Positions 12,560-26,172 of a stretch of DNA of 64,000 bases are shown here, in pieces. The notes under the pieces were generated by a model that saw only the letters and a list, made by a program, of their open reading frames with translations, searched no databases and was not told where the DNA came from. The translations under genes were made by a program, and so were the position numbers. The stretch is from Stegostoma tigrinum. Lineage: Eukaryota. The stretch's first letter is position 1, and every line of letters starts with the position of its first letter. The stretch spans positions 22,698,267 to 22,762,266 of the forward strand of contig NC_081370.1 of NCBI RefSeq assembly GCF_030684315.1, written 5' to 3'.

Positions 12560-13200
12560 GACTGTGCACAAAGAACAAATTGTAAGCTTGAAATAAAATA
12601 CTTAGGTATCAGCAAAGTTAACCAGTACAGATCATACGAAGTCGATATTCATCATTGTATTATATTGTGAGGGAACAGAAATCAACTTAAAATGATGTGC
12701 AACACACCAATCATACATGAAGGGACAAAGAAAGAATGCTCCAATGATGATGACTGTGTGATGATGTTAAGTGACACCAACTGCTAATAAAACAATCAAG
12801 TTGTCAAACGAGTACAACAAACGGCAAAGTGCATCTCTCCAGATGGATGAGATCACCAGATCAGGATGAGTTGCCAGTCATCTGAAATGTTATGTTGAAA
12901 TCTGAAATGTTAATCTTATAACCTTTTTATAAAATATGTTTGTATAATTATCAAATTAACAACACATGCCTATGTGCAACCATTTATATCTTCCGGGATA
13001 ATTTTTTACCTTTTTGGAAGTGCATGTCATATAATGCCTCATGGTTAGTGTACCTTTAAGAGATGTGCTCATGGTATAATCACTATGTCATAGCATGTCA
13101 CCTGAGTATGTAAACATCTCTGATGCCATCTTACCTGTGATTACTTGAAGCATGGTACACTATTAAAAGCACACTACTCTTTGTAACCAAATAGTTTAAT
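12560..13200 (+). mobile_element. Possible highly decayed Gypsy LTR-retrotransposon 3' end and LTR
   Basis: ISKVNQYRSYEVDI....L*GNRNQLK resembles the post-integrase RSY.V...RRNR..L motif. A downstream tgt...cctttaag...attaaa segment at ~13025-13200 is LTR-like. Confidence 0.3.
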
Positions 13201-13233
13201 ATGAGCCCAAGCACTAATGTGCCTTTTTTTTCC

Positions 13234-13398
13234 TTTATTCATGGGATGAGGGTGTCACCGAATAGGCAGCATTTATTGCCCATCCTTAATTGCTCAGTGG
13301 ACAGTTAAGAGTCAATCACATTGTTGTGGGTGTGGAGTCACATGTAGGCCAGACCAGGTAAGGATGGTAGTTTCCTTCTCCAAAGGACATCAGTGAAC
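13234..13398 (-). mobile_element. 3' half of tRNA-derived SacSINE1-like SINE
   Basis: Homologous to 58046-58222 and, as reverse complement, to 51350-51511. Confidence 0.8.
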
Positions 13399-13744
13399 TT
13401 ATATACTAGTGAAAAGTTTTGAATGCCCACTGAATTCTTCTTTCCTACTTTCTTATGCTATCAGAGGAAAAATAAGATTTGTTCTATCAGGTAAAACATC
13501 CTGCTGGAGACAAAATGCACACGGGTTCCAGACAAACTGAAATAGCAGAAGTTCATAAAGCTCCCCAAATTTAATTTGGGTGCCGAGCCTTTAATTAATA
13601 CTGGCACTGGCCCGTCTCACAGCAGAATAGTTGATCATTGTTGATCGTGCAAATTCATGCAATGTGCATATGGTCCAAAGAAAGGTAGCAAAGCAAATGC
13701 AAGGAAGATACACATTGTCCACAAATAAGTGTAGTTGTTTTAGT

Positions 13745-15540
13745 AAATGGCAAAGGTTTGGCAGATGGAGTATAATGTGGGAAAATGTGAACAGGAAGAA
13801 TTGAAAAGCAGAATGTTATTTAGATGGAGAGTGACTGGAGAATTCTGCAGTACACAGGGGTCTGTGTGCCCTTGTACACAAAGCAGGAAAGAAAAGCATG
13901 TGTACACAGGAAGTAATTTGGAAGACAAATGTAAAATTGGCCTTTTATGCAAGCAGACTGGAAATACAGGGCAAAAGTAAAACCATACCTGGTGCATATG
14001 AACAGTTTGGTTTCCTTAAGGAGAAACTTTTTTTTAGAAGCAATTCAGATAAAGTTCACTGGGTTCATTCCTCAGATAAAGGAACTGTCTTACGAAGAAA
14101 GGTTGAGCAGGTTGCATCTATGCTTTCGCATTTTAAATCTAAACAAGGGCAGCTTTGAAGATGTAAGGAGGAAGTTGGTTGTAGTGGATTGGCAAAATGA
14201 ATCTTAAAAGTTTGACAAAAGATAAGAAATGGCTAATATTTAACAAATGAATGCTTGCTTTTCAAAGAAGTATGCATTTGTATAAAATCAAAAATATCCA
14301 AAAGGAAAAGCGAGAGATCCATGTTAACAAACATTAAAGTTATCATTCAATCAAAGGAGGAGGCTTGTAAAGTTGCCAAAACTTCTATAAGCTTGAGGAC
14401 TGAGAGAATATTAGAACTCAACAAAAGTGGAGAAAGGCACTGATAAAGGAAGAGTGAAAAGAATATGAATGTAAAATAGCAAAGTATAAAAACACATTGT
14501 AAAAGTTTCACTAGAAATGTAAAAGCAAAGATTAGCAAAGACAAGTAGGCTCTATTACAAGCTGAGACACGAGAGATTTTAATAGGTGAGAGAAATGGCA
14601 GAGAGGGAAATAATTACTTTGTTTCTGGCTTCAGAGGGAAGACACAACAAGTGTCCCTGAAATAATAAAGATACAAGGATATAGTGAGTATAGAATGGAA
14701 AGAAATTAGTGTTGGTAAAAATAGTAATAGTTGAAGAAATTAATGGGACCAAATGTTGACAAAGTCCTTGAATCAGCAACTTTCACCCTATAGTGTTGAA
14801 GGAGGTCGTTACAGAGGTAATTGACACATTGGTGATCGTCTTTCAAAATTCTATTAATTCTGCAATGGTAGCTGCAGAACCATTTAAATAATCCATTTAA
14901 AACTGTGATGAGGAGGTATTTCTTCACTCAGAGGGTAATGAATTTCAAGTTCTCTATCTCAGAGGGCTGTTAAAATTCAGTCATCAGGTAAGTTCAAAAA
15001 GAGATTGTTTCTAGTCACTAATGACATGAAGGGATATAAGGTAGCTTTGAATTATAGCATTGAGTAGATGATCAATCAGGATATAGAATGACAGAGCACG
15101 CTTAAGCAGTTGGATGGCCCATTCATCCTCCTATGTTCTTGTACTCATTGAAGATTAGAAGAATTTGGTATGATCTTATTGAAACACATGTGATTCTAAT
15201 GGGAGCCTGACAGGGTAGATGCTGGGAGAATTCTTCCGCTTGGGGAAATTGAACACTAGGAGACAGAGCTCAAAATGAGGATCCATTTAAGTTGGAGTTA
15301 AGGAGGAATTTCTTCAGACGGCGATTAGTCTTTGGGATTTTCTTCTTCAGGGAGCAGTGGAGGGCAAGTCATGGAATATGTTCAAGCCTGAATTAGAGAG
15401 GCTTTTGATCAAAAATGGAGTTAATATGGACAGACAGGCAGCAAAGTGAAATTAAGATTACAACCAGATCAACCAAGCTCTTAACAAATGGCAGAACAGG
15501 TTTAATAGGCTGGATGGTCTACTTCTGCTCCTATTTCTGA
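13745..15540 (+). mobile_element. Cluster of decayed CR1-like LINE fragments
   Basis: Remnants WQMEYNVGKC, EAIQIKFTGFIPQIKELSYEERLSRL and LVIVFQNSI. Two separate 3' ends near 15140 and 15535. Confidence 0.75.
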
Positions 15541-17264
15541 AGATGATCTTATGCCTTACCCACTGGCATTATTTTTCAATTGAGAGAGCTAGCAGAGGTC
15601 ACCTGGTGTGGGGTTAGGGTCATCTGAGTTTTAGAGATATACGTGAGGACACTGTTTCACTTCATTTAAAGGTAGGACCATAGCAAACAACAGTTCTTTA
15701 GTTTTTAGGCTTTAGAAAAGGATGAGCTAGATAAGGATACAATACCAAAATGCTAGGTGAAAAGGATGATTCTTTGTAAGCTGACAGGCCCAGCAGAAAC
15801 TGGGAGAGGATGCAACATCCTTATTAATTAGCTGTCCTCAAGTTGCTACGTGTCACAAAATCTGTGTTTTACACAGGCTTCTTAACAGAGGCAGATTTTA
15901 CCATTGGAGTGAGAAAGGATGTTATAGCTTTGCTGCCACATTTACCAGAGTCCAAAAACTGGTCCTCACACAATTCCAACCTGTGGGCCAACAATATGGT
16001 AATCAAGCATAGGAGATAAAATATTCAGGGCCTGATTTCTTGTGGCTGATAAATTTCCAACTCTCTGTTTTCTACCAACAGTTAAAAATAGGGGGTTGGT
16101 TTTTCTTCAGTGAAAATGGAGAAAGGTGGATGTTTTAAAGATGACGACAACTGATGGCAAAAATTACAAGAGCAATTGAGTGTGTATAAGAGTTAAAAGT
16201 TTCTGAGAATCTGTAAAGTGGGATTCACAAATGAGTCATTTCCAAGTTTCTTGTACAATATGTGATCCTACTTTTCATTCAGGCAACTGGTGTGAAAATT
16301 AATTCTGAATTGGAAACTTTCCAAAATATTTGAATCACACGGTTCATTTCTCTCTTGGCTTCAAGTTACTCAAGCATGCTTGGAAATCTCATCTGTAGGA
16401 AGTAGTCCAGCCCATTTGAAACCCTATGGGGTAAAGTTCAGTTTCGGTGGGGCCACAAAATCAGTGGCAATGGATTGGCTGCCCGTTGTACACTCTTTGT
16501 AGAATGAATTGGCTGCTCTGCAGTTGCTAATGTCAAGCTCCAAGCAAGGTTGCATTTTAACCGTTCCATCTCCAGTTTTTCAGATTATGTGCAAATTTAT
16601 TTATGTAGAAATAAAGAGAAAAACATTGCATTTCTGTAGTCCAGTATTACATTCTCAGGTATGTCAAAAATAACTTTACAACCTACAACTGCAGTGAGTA
16701 CTGTTGTATTATGTCTTGTAGCAGTATATGCGATGTATATTTGAGGGAAATGCTCATGGTGTCATCACATTTTCAGGAGTGTAACCTAATAATGCAAAGG
16801 TTTCTGCCTCTGTATTAGTAAGCTCAGTTCTCTTGCTGCAGGAGCACTGAGGAAAGCAGACTATCCAAATCATTTAGCTTGAGCCGAGACGCACAATTGC
16901 CAATGAATGTACTGTGCATGTGTAGATACCACGTGCAGCAATAAAAGTTCATTTGAACTCTTCAGTATTAGGGGACCAATGTCTTTTTTGTATGTTATGG
17001 GAGCTGATGTGAGTGTCAAATCATGACTGTTCCAGGCCATCACACTATTATGCCACTTTGCATAATCCACAATTATCTTTGAAAATGTGATTGTTATTGT
17101 ATTGGGCTCGGGGTATCAACTACTGGTTGTGGTTGGTTAGCTCTCTATCACAAATCCTCCTTTGTTTGATGAACATAAGTGCCTACCTAACTATCAATAG
17201 CTGGAGGTAAACCACTATAGAATTGAGGATGGGCAGTCAATGCTGGTCATGGCTCAAAATGCTT

Positions 17265-17870
17265 TCTCCTCTTCATTGGTGAGATCAGACACAGACTGGG
17301 TGACCACTTTGCACAGCACCTTTGTTCTGTCTGTAGGAATCACTCTATCCTTCTGATTGATTGCCATTTCACAACCACTCTGTTCCCACACAAACATTTC
17401 CTTCAGTGCTCTGCTTCAATGCTATGAAGCTCAACACAAGCTGGAGAAACAAATATTTCCCATTTTCTGCTAGGTACATTACAGCCTCTGGGACTCAATA
17501 TTGAGACTCACAACTTCAGTGTATGGCCTCTGCACTCCATTTTTCTTACACTCTTCACATATCTTGGTCTTGTCTTCTTTATATCTTGTCGGCTTTGCTG
17601 TCAGTAGACCAAATCCATTTTTTTTCCATTTTATAGCTAACATTTACACATATTTTACATTACTACAACTTCTTTATCACCACTGTGTTTTGCTCTGGGC
17701 ACTCACAATCTGTTCTACCCTGTCCTCCTCTTGCTTTATCTAAAGCATTAAAAAAAATTATACCTTCTTCCATTTCCAAATAAGAGTCATACTAGATTGA
17801 AATCTTAATTCTGATTCTCTGTCCACAGATGCTGCCGACTAGCTGTGTTTCTATGAACATTTGGACGTTG
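17265..17870 (+). mobile_element. Old decayed PLE 3' portion (GIY-YIG endonuclease plus 3' UTR, family B-like terminus)
   Basis: FIGEIRHRLGDHFAQHLCSV...LGTLQPLGLNIE. Ends with cacagatgctgcc as in family B termini. Confidence 0.7.
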
Positions 17871-18346
17871 TTATCATTGTAATGCTTCCAATGCTATAAA
17901 ATGGAAGCTACTATCGTAACCATTTCAGGACTATTTTTGAAACTCACCTGAAGCCTTCCCCTCGTTTACAACGTTGGTCTGTTGCTTGACAGCTTGTCAG
18001 TTGACAGAACAAACAATACGCCAAATGAATTGACCAATATTTTCAGTCAACACAGCTTTGGAATTCTTTAAAACAGTAGGTAGGGTCCAATTCTGCAACA
18101 CCCATAGCAACCTCCACCTCCCCTCCCCCAACAACCCTTTCGTCCTTGTTCTGTATTATAGTTGTAATATGTATGTATATAGCATTGGGACAGTATTCCC
18201 TTTAAGAAGTGAGTCAAGTGGGCACTGGTGAGTTATCAACAAGGTTTGTGGACTTATTCATACTTGTTACTGAGCTCTCACAGAGTGCACAACTTCAGAA
18301 TAAAACCTTCCCACTAGGTTGTAGCAAGCAACAATGATTGTATTCT

Positions 18347-18434
18347 GGATAATAAAATGTGAGGCTGGATGAACACAGCAGGCCCAGCAGCATCTCAGGA
18401 GCACAAAAGCTGATATTTCGGGCCTGGACCCTTC
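18347..18434 (-). mobile_element. 88 bp PLE family A terminus, truncated within the HHR core, 13 bp TSD
   Basis: Nearly identical to 61756-61843. atgattgtattct at 18334-18346 and 18435-18447. Confidence 0.9.
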
Positions 18435-21400
18435 ATGATTGTATTCTCTTTACTTTGGACTGGAACCAAGTAGCTGCATGGTACAAAATAGTCCTCAGCA
18501 CCACTTTCCCATTTTCTTGACAACTTTTGCAGGTGTGGCCTGAGGCGTAGGTAACTATTCATACACAACACTTCCAGGCCTGGTGTCCCCATTGGCTGGG
18601 GACAGTTTAAACGCCATGCAATTTTCAGTAAATTGAGTCCTTTCTGTAAGAGTACTTAGTTACACAGTTTCTCAGATGATTTGTGAACCACAACTGAGCT
18701 CTCAATAAGGATTCAAAAATGTCACCTGTTCCTAGAAATCTATTACTAAAAGTCTTTGAAATAAAAAAAAACTCCTCTTTCAGTTTGAATAGTTAAGATG
18801 CTATTAAGTAGGGTAACTGTATTTTTACTGCCAATAATTGATTGTGAAGCTCTAAACTGCAAAGGCAAGTTGACCATTTGGTTGATGGAAACTCTAAGAG
18901 TTGAGATTCACTTTCTAATAGAAAAATGCTATGGTGTATATGAAATAGAATAAGAAAAATGCTATTTGGGAATTCTAGTAATCATCATCTGAAGGCTTTA
19001 AATTTCTAACTCTTTAAAACTGAGAAAGGTCTTCAGCTTGTACTTAAATTAAATTAAACTATGTGCTTGATTGCATTGATTGACAGGCTACTTAATATAA
19101 CTTGGGAATAAAAGGCCAAAACATTGCTTTTGCGATTGAAAAAGGCCTCATCATGCGTGAGCTATAATCGTTGTTCGTAATGCAGTGTTTATTATGAATG
19201 CCTGGCTGAGTTTAAAGGCTGTAGACCAACTTACTTCAGCAGTAGGGCAATGTTCCCATTTTCATGGACAATTTGGAGTAGGTATTGAAGAAGAATCTAA
19301 CTTGGTGGTTAGTGAAATATATTTTTATTTGTAATAAATTGACTAGCTGAAGGGATTTAGATATTGGAATCTATGTTATAAATGAGAGGTTTTTGTCAGT
19401 GTGAAGTGAATTTGAGTGAGAGATCTATTATACTGTCAGCATCTTACTTACTTTTACCTCTGTTTCAAAGATATTTGTCCTAAGGTCTGCTCATAGTGAA
19501 TACTGGATGGTTGGTTATGGAGGATCCATGTGGGGATGAAGGGTGGTTGATGAGTATGAGAGGATACGGAATGGGCATTGGGGAATCAGAGGGCACGGAG
19601 ATATCATGCAAGTATGGGAACTTGAGGGGATATGGTGAACGAGGGGCATGTGACATCATAAGGGAGGTTATGGAGTGAGGGTTTGAGGACATGACTTTAT
19701 TAATAGAACAGTGCCAGTGGCCCAATAAATGGCAGTGATGTGCTAAATGTACGCATCCTCCTTCATCCATTGTTGCCTTTGGCTTGCCTGGATTGGTGAT
19801 GGGCCACACCTCATCACGCACCTATCTACCTACTCAGAGTGAATATACAGGAGACAGGGACTCTTTTAAAGGATCAGAATCTGCTAGGTTGACAACCGTG
19901 TCACTTCCATGAAAATCTGGTCTTTTGTTTAACAGGTAGTTATATCTTCAAATCACATAATAACAGCACTGTCATGGTTCATCTTAATCAACACAAATGC
20001 CACTCATGCTACACAATTTCATGGCAAGCTACAAAGGAGTTAAAGCATTTTACTTATCTTTTCAACTCTTGTTTCCTCCAATCCATGGTTCACTCCTCCT
20101 GGTTGACTGAGACCGACAACATGTAGCTGGCCTGAGCGGTTACATTCCAGGTTTCAATTTTCAGTGGAAAATCTGGACAATCCTGAAATGCTTAAGCAAG
20201 GTCCAGGGAAGTTGCAGCAGTTTTCTCCACAAGTGAAATGTGAGGAATAGCTCAAATTGTCACAGGCCACACATGTCAGTCGATGGCCCAGATACAGACC
20301 CTCTGCCATCTGAGATGCCTGGTGACATCACAGACACTCAAACTGCGTCAACTGAAACTATTGAGTGGATTGTTAACCTTGACATTAAACTATAACTACT
20401 ACTTTAGTCATATGAATAAAACGAAATCCCCTCTGTGCAGCTGCTGTTAAACCTGACAGCTGCTAAAGGCTGGCTGCCTCCATGACAATTTAAAGAAGGT
20501 GGGGTTTTTGTGAATCCACAACACTGTCAATCACTCCTTAATAGGGACGAGCCTGTTTAGGGTCTGATCAGACCCCCACCATTGTGAAAGGGCTGAGGGT
20601 AAAAGCTGACCTCCAAGTGTGTAGTTGGCTGGCCATTTATTTTTTCTAGTGTTGCTTCCATTTGAACCTGATCCAGAACACAAAACTCCAACCCTGGGTA
20701 CTACCAGAAAGGGTAAAATATGAAAGAATAAAGGAGCAAAAATGAATGTGTTTCAGAAGTTAAATATCATCCTTGAAAGTTAGAATGGAAGAACATGAAG
20801 AGAGTGAATAATTAGCAACATTATGAGGTCCAAACTGGTGACAGATAGTTGTTAAATAAGACTGAGTGATTGGGAGAGTTGTAAAGGTATAATGTGTTTG
20901 ACCAAGAATAATCAGAGACAGGGGAATGGAAGAGGTTGAGAAAAACTAACCAAGACAACTCACTGGATGAGCTTGACCCTAGAAATGGTCTTCACATTTG
21001 GATCTGGATTTCAGCATGCGGGATGGTGGGGAAATGTCTTGGGGGGGCGGGGTGGTGGTGCTAGGGCTGTGAGTTCATGACAACCATTCTTTGTAAATCT
21101 TGAATAGTCCCGCTGTTTTAACTACACGGCCGCATTAAAGTTTTTTTTCGGTTGCATTCCAGTCACAGACAATCTGATTGACAAACTAAGCATATCAGCT
21201 GGGCAGCTTGATTCACAACAGCATGCACTATCAAAGCAGCTATACATACCAAAGGAGTAAATCGAAATCACTGGGGAGTGGGTGCCTGATTGCCAGTGGG
21301 GGGAGGTAGCTTCCAACAACAGTAGTTTGAAGTATAAGGTGAAAGGTGAAGTCAATTTTTATTGGGCACCTTGTTGGGAAAAGCACTACTGTTGGCTCCT

Positions 21401-22038
21401 CTGGCCCACAAGCAGTACTGTGAAAGCAATTACTTCATGGTTTCAGCCCTTCTAATCTCCTTTTACTTTTGGAAAGTAGGTCACCAATAGCTAAAATTAG
21501 ATTGTGTGCTAACATTAAGGTAGACAGCTTCATAAAGTATTAAATCACTAAATGACATCCCATGAGCAAATTGGTTGCCTGTGCATCATTTCTCCTCTTT
21601 TAAAATCAATCTGAGACATTTTTCTAATATGTGTTAATTAATCTATATTTGGCTCAGAGTATCTATGGGCAGCTTAGAGACTGAACCTTCATTTCAACAA
21701 GTGGACAACAAGCCTCTGTTCCCTAGCCATATATGTGAAACTTCATATTATTTGGAATAAGAGTGATGTTGAGTTACTCTCACTCTGACTATTCAAATAG
21801 ACAAAATGCTGAACCATGTCCTGCAGAACAGTCTTGAATTTATCCAGGAGCTCAGCTTGATTCTTTTTTCATGCAGAACAAATTATTTTGATGCAGAAAT
21901 TGATGATGTGATAAAGGGTGCAAGTGGGGTCACAGGAGTATCCAATCCCATAAACTAGAGTGGAGAGAGCTCTAATGTTCTACAAGTGATATAATCCAAT
22001 ATTCAGTTCTAACCCAGAATGTACATACATTGTTCAAC

Positions 22039-22137
22039 AACAAAACAGAAATTACTGGAAAAACTCTGCGTGTCTGGCAGCATCTTAGGAAAAAAATCAA
22101 AGTTAATGTTTCGGCTCCAGTGACCTTTCCTCAGTTC
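22039..22137 (-). mobile_element. Short PLE family B terminus with HHR core
   Basis: Minus strand ctgaggaaaggtcactggagccgaaacattaact. Homologous to 44231-44335. Confidence 0.75.
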
Positions 22138-22593
22138 TTTTAGCTTTTGTTTAGTACTTCCATTATTGTTTACTTTCTAATGTAGTGAGCCCACTACCTT
22201 CAGTAAACTGTCCAAGAGAATATCATTGCCCTGTCAAATCTGATCTGAATTTCATAAGATGTGAATGCATTTATTCAAGTTAAATCAGCAGTTGCAGAAG
22301 TTTTGATTTCAGGATACTTGATTGCCCACACAGATTGTCAATGTCTAGCTCATGTATTAGGGAATCATTCTAGGAATACCAGAGAGGATCTGGGCTTTTC
22401 AGGCTTTGCAGTTGACTAAGGTATAGAAACCACACCTCCTTTTGACCACATTTATTATTCCAAATTAATTAACATGACATTTATGGATAAGGAAGAAATC
22501 CTTTTGGCCCATTTTTATTCTTCCATTCAGAGCCAGCCCACACTATCTCCATGCTGCAGCAAATTATTTCTTCTTTTATCTTGATCCAACGTT

Positions 22594-23020
22594 GTAGAGT
22601 CGTAGTGTCATACAGCATGGAAAAGAGACAAGGGTTTGATCAGTTCATGTCGAACATAATCCCAAACTAAACTAGTCCCACCTGCCTGGTCCTGGCCCAT
22701 ATCTCTCAACTTTTTCTATTCATGTACTTATCCACATATCTTTTAGACTTAGTAACTGTGCCCGCATCCATCACTTCCTCAGGAAGCTCATTCCATACAC
22801 AAATCACCCTCTGTAAAAAAAGAAAAATGTCCTTCATGTCTTTTTAAATCACTCTGCTTTCACGTTCAAAAATCTCCCTGGTCTTGAAAAGCCCAATCCT
22901 AGAGAAAAGGTGGCTACCATTTACCTTACCTATACTTCTCATGATTTTATGAACCTATTAAAAAAATTCACCTCTCAACCTCCTATATTGTTGTGAAAAA
23001 ATGTCCCAGCCTTTCCAGCT
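22594..23020 (-). mobile_element. CR1-like LINE 3' end
   Basis: Reverse tail tagagtcgtagtgtcatacagcatggaaa followed by CR1 ORF2 C-terminal remnants. Confidence 0.7.
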
Positions 23021-24169
23021 TTTCTCACTTGAAAAAAAGTTCTGCATTCTGGAAATTGCAGACAGTTTGGACAAAATGCTCGTTAGACAATAACCTTAGA
23101 ATGACTTCACATACAATGGCAATGACCTGGAGCTTGCCACCTATCAGGCTTCTGAAAGTGCTGATGATCAATTATTCAAATGGAAATTGGACAGACATTT
23201 TAAGAAAATAAACTTATAGGGCCATGAGATAGAAGAGAGGAATAGCACCAACTGAACTGCCTCACAGAGACACGGATTTGATGGGCCAAAGGGTCTCCTT
23301 CTGTGTCAGACTGATTCTGATAGACACTATTATAGACTGTGGGTTAAAATTCGGTAAGGGCTTAAAGTTAGAAAACACCATGCTTTGATTTTAGGAATAT
23401 AAACGCTAATGTGCAGTTAGCTGCTTGAAACCAGTAGTTGGTATTTAAAAATCGCTTTTAACTTGCTCTGGAAGGCTGAATCAGACCCGATGAGTCTGTT
23501 TGAATGGATGTGGTTCTTTCTCCTGACCCACTGCTGGAGGAATGGTGTTTACTGTTGTCAGGCAGCTGGCCCCATGACTCTGGCATTCAAGTTCTTCGGT
23601 CGTGCTTTGTTGCCACCATCCAGCTCATTCCTGATTCGAGGCCTGTGTCGTCACATAAAACGCAGCTGTCTCTGGGATGAAGAAGCTACTTTTGGGGTGC
23701 CAGCCAGTCTGACTGCCTGCAATTGGAGAAATCCAGAGTCCCTGGTGGCCTTTTCATGCAACACTCATCAAATCCTGTTGGACTAGAGAGGCAGCACCCT
23801 CTACTGGCAAGACAGAAAAATGCACAGTGGAAAGATTTCACTCTTTCAAGTTTCATAGAAGCTAGTAAAAGTGGCTTTATTCTGAGATATATCTCACCTA
23901 CTCTTTTTCAGAAAGACTCCTAAATTTGCAGTTTAGTTTTAGATATTCTGATGATACGTTTCTCATAATGTGCCAAAAGGATGGAACTTGTCAGGACCAG
24001 GTCATTGCATTGAAGAGGTTCAACTATTATTCGCTTACTTTCAGGTTGTCAGTCACTGGGGCTGACTGCAATATGCCAATGAAATATTATATTTTGTTTA
24101 ATGTCCCCTCTGAGTTCATCTTGTCCACATGACCCAATTCCCACTCCCCTGTTCCTATGCCCATTAAAC

Positions 24170-24710
24170 TGTCAACTGCATATAGAATATTCCTGGCTGG
24201 TCTCCCATAACTACCTACTGTACACCTGAGGTTATCACAAACCCAAGTATTCCTGTCATCACTTGCACCAAATCTTGTTCTCCACCACTCCCCGTGCCCA
24301 TCACTCCTTTGCTTGCTAACTTATTGCCTCCTTGACAAGCAATATTTTGACTTCACAACTCTCATTCTTGTTTTATGATTCCCCATGATTTCATCCTTCC
24401 CTACCTGTGTCGTCGGTTCCAGCTTCATAACTTTCTGGGATTTTTGTCGTCGTTTAATTCTGACATCTTAAGAAACTCCATTTTAATTGCTTCACCATTG
24501 ATGGCGGCGCCTTCAGTTCCCCAAACCTCAAACTCTGGAAATAACCTCCCTGCACATCTCAGCCTCTCTCCATTGCTTTTCACCTTTGACCAAACCTCTG
24601 GCCATCTGGTGTGACATCTGTTATGTGCCTCTGTATCATGTTTTGTGCTACACTGTTCCTGTGAAATGCCTTTTGACATTTATTACCTTACAGACATTAT
24701 ATTACTGTAA
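24170..24710 (+). mobile_element. Decayed L2-like LINE 3' portion
   Basis: Remnants of the L2 C-terminal motif (LLAGLP...L.VI..P...ITPLLANL...F.FTTLILV) followed by a typical 3' UTR. Confidence 0.55.
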
Positions 24711-25432
24711 AGTGTGGACCTTTTTTTAAATTCATTTATGGTGACTTTCAGGGATCTATGGGTCTGTACTCCCAGATCCCTCTGTATGTCAATGCTCCTA
24801 AGGGTTCTGCCATTTACTGCATTATTCATACCCAAAAGCGATCTTCCAAAATGCATCCTTGCATTTGTCTGGATTAAATTCTATTTGTCATTTCTCACCC
24901 AAATCTGCAATCTATCTAAATTCCTTTGTAACCTTTTGATAATCGTCCTCACTATCTGCAAGTCCGCCAATTTTAGTGTCATGCAAACTTACTAATCAGG
25001 CCACCTACATCTTCCTTCAGATCATTTATCTATATTACAAGCAGCAAAGGTCCCAGCACTGATCACCATGGAACATTGCTAGTTACTGGTCTCTGTTCTG
25101 AAAAGTACCCTTCCACTGCTACTGCCTATCATCAGGTGTACAATTTTGTATCCATCTGGACAGCTCACTCCAGATCCCATGAGACTCTACCTTCTGTACC
25201 AGCCTTCCACGATGAACCTTATCAAATGCTTTACCAAAATCAATGTAGGCAACATCCCCTGCCCCTTCCCTCATCAATCATTCTTGTCACCTCCTCAAAA
25301 AACTCAACCAAGCTGGTGAGACAAGATCTTCCCCGCACAAACCAATGTTGCCTACCATTGACAGATCCACTTGCTTATAAATGTGAATATATCCTGTCTC
25401 AGTACCTTCTCCAACAGCTTTCCTACCACTGA

Positions 25433-25790
25433 CAATGGCTCATGGTTAGCACTGCTGTATCACAGTGCCAAAGACCTAGATTCAATTCCACCCTTGGATG
25501 ACTGTTGATGTGGAGTTTGCATATTCTCTCTGTGTCTGCGAGGGTTTCCTCCAGGTGCTCTGGTTTCCTCCCACAGTCCAAAGATTCACAAGTTAGGTGG
25601 ATTGGCCATGCTAAATTGCCCGTAGTGACCAGGGATTGCAGTCTAGCTGGATTACCTATGGGAAATGCAGCGTTACGGGGATAGCGTGGGAGATTGCTGG
25701 CTCGGAGTGGAATGCCCTTTGGGCGGTTGTTGTGGATGCATTGGGCTGAATGGCCTGCTTTCACACTGTTGGGATTCTATGATTCTATGA
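25433..25790 (+). mobile_element. HE1-type tRNA-derived V-SINE, nested in a CR1 LINE
   Basis: A/B-box head, central V-domain (tgtggagtttgcatattctc...ggtttcctcccacagtccaaagat) and tail gggattctatgattctatga. Confidence 0.85.
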
Positions 25791-26149
25791 CTGTGGTCAG
25801 GCTCACCAGTCTATAACTACCTGGATTATCTCTGTTTCCCTTCTTTAACAAAGGAACAGCATTCGCCATCTGGAACTTTGCCTGAGGCAAAGATTTCAGT
25901 TATGGCACAGCAATCTCTTCCCTTGCCTCCCATAGTATCCTGGGGTCCCATTTGAGCCCCTGGGGACTTGCCTACCTTAATATATTTCAAGGCACCAAAC
26001 AATTCCTCCTTCATTATGTTGCCTGAGAAGTATTCGCACACCTTTCCCTAAGTTCAACGTCCCTCACATGCATCTCTTTAGTGAACACCAATATACAGTG
26101 CTCATTAAAGATCTCACCTATTTCCTCTGGCTCCACACATAACACCGCG

Positions 26150-26172
26150 CCCCCCCCCCCCCCCCCCCCCCC
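26150..26172 (+). repeat. Poly-C homopolymer (~23 nt)
   Basis: Seen directly. Confidence 0.9.

Noticed and set aside
18160-18330. Possible solo LTR (tgt...ccctttaag...aataaa...aca)
   Set aside because: Only generic motifs, with no second copy or TSD confirmed.
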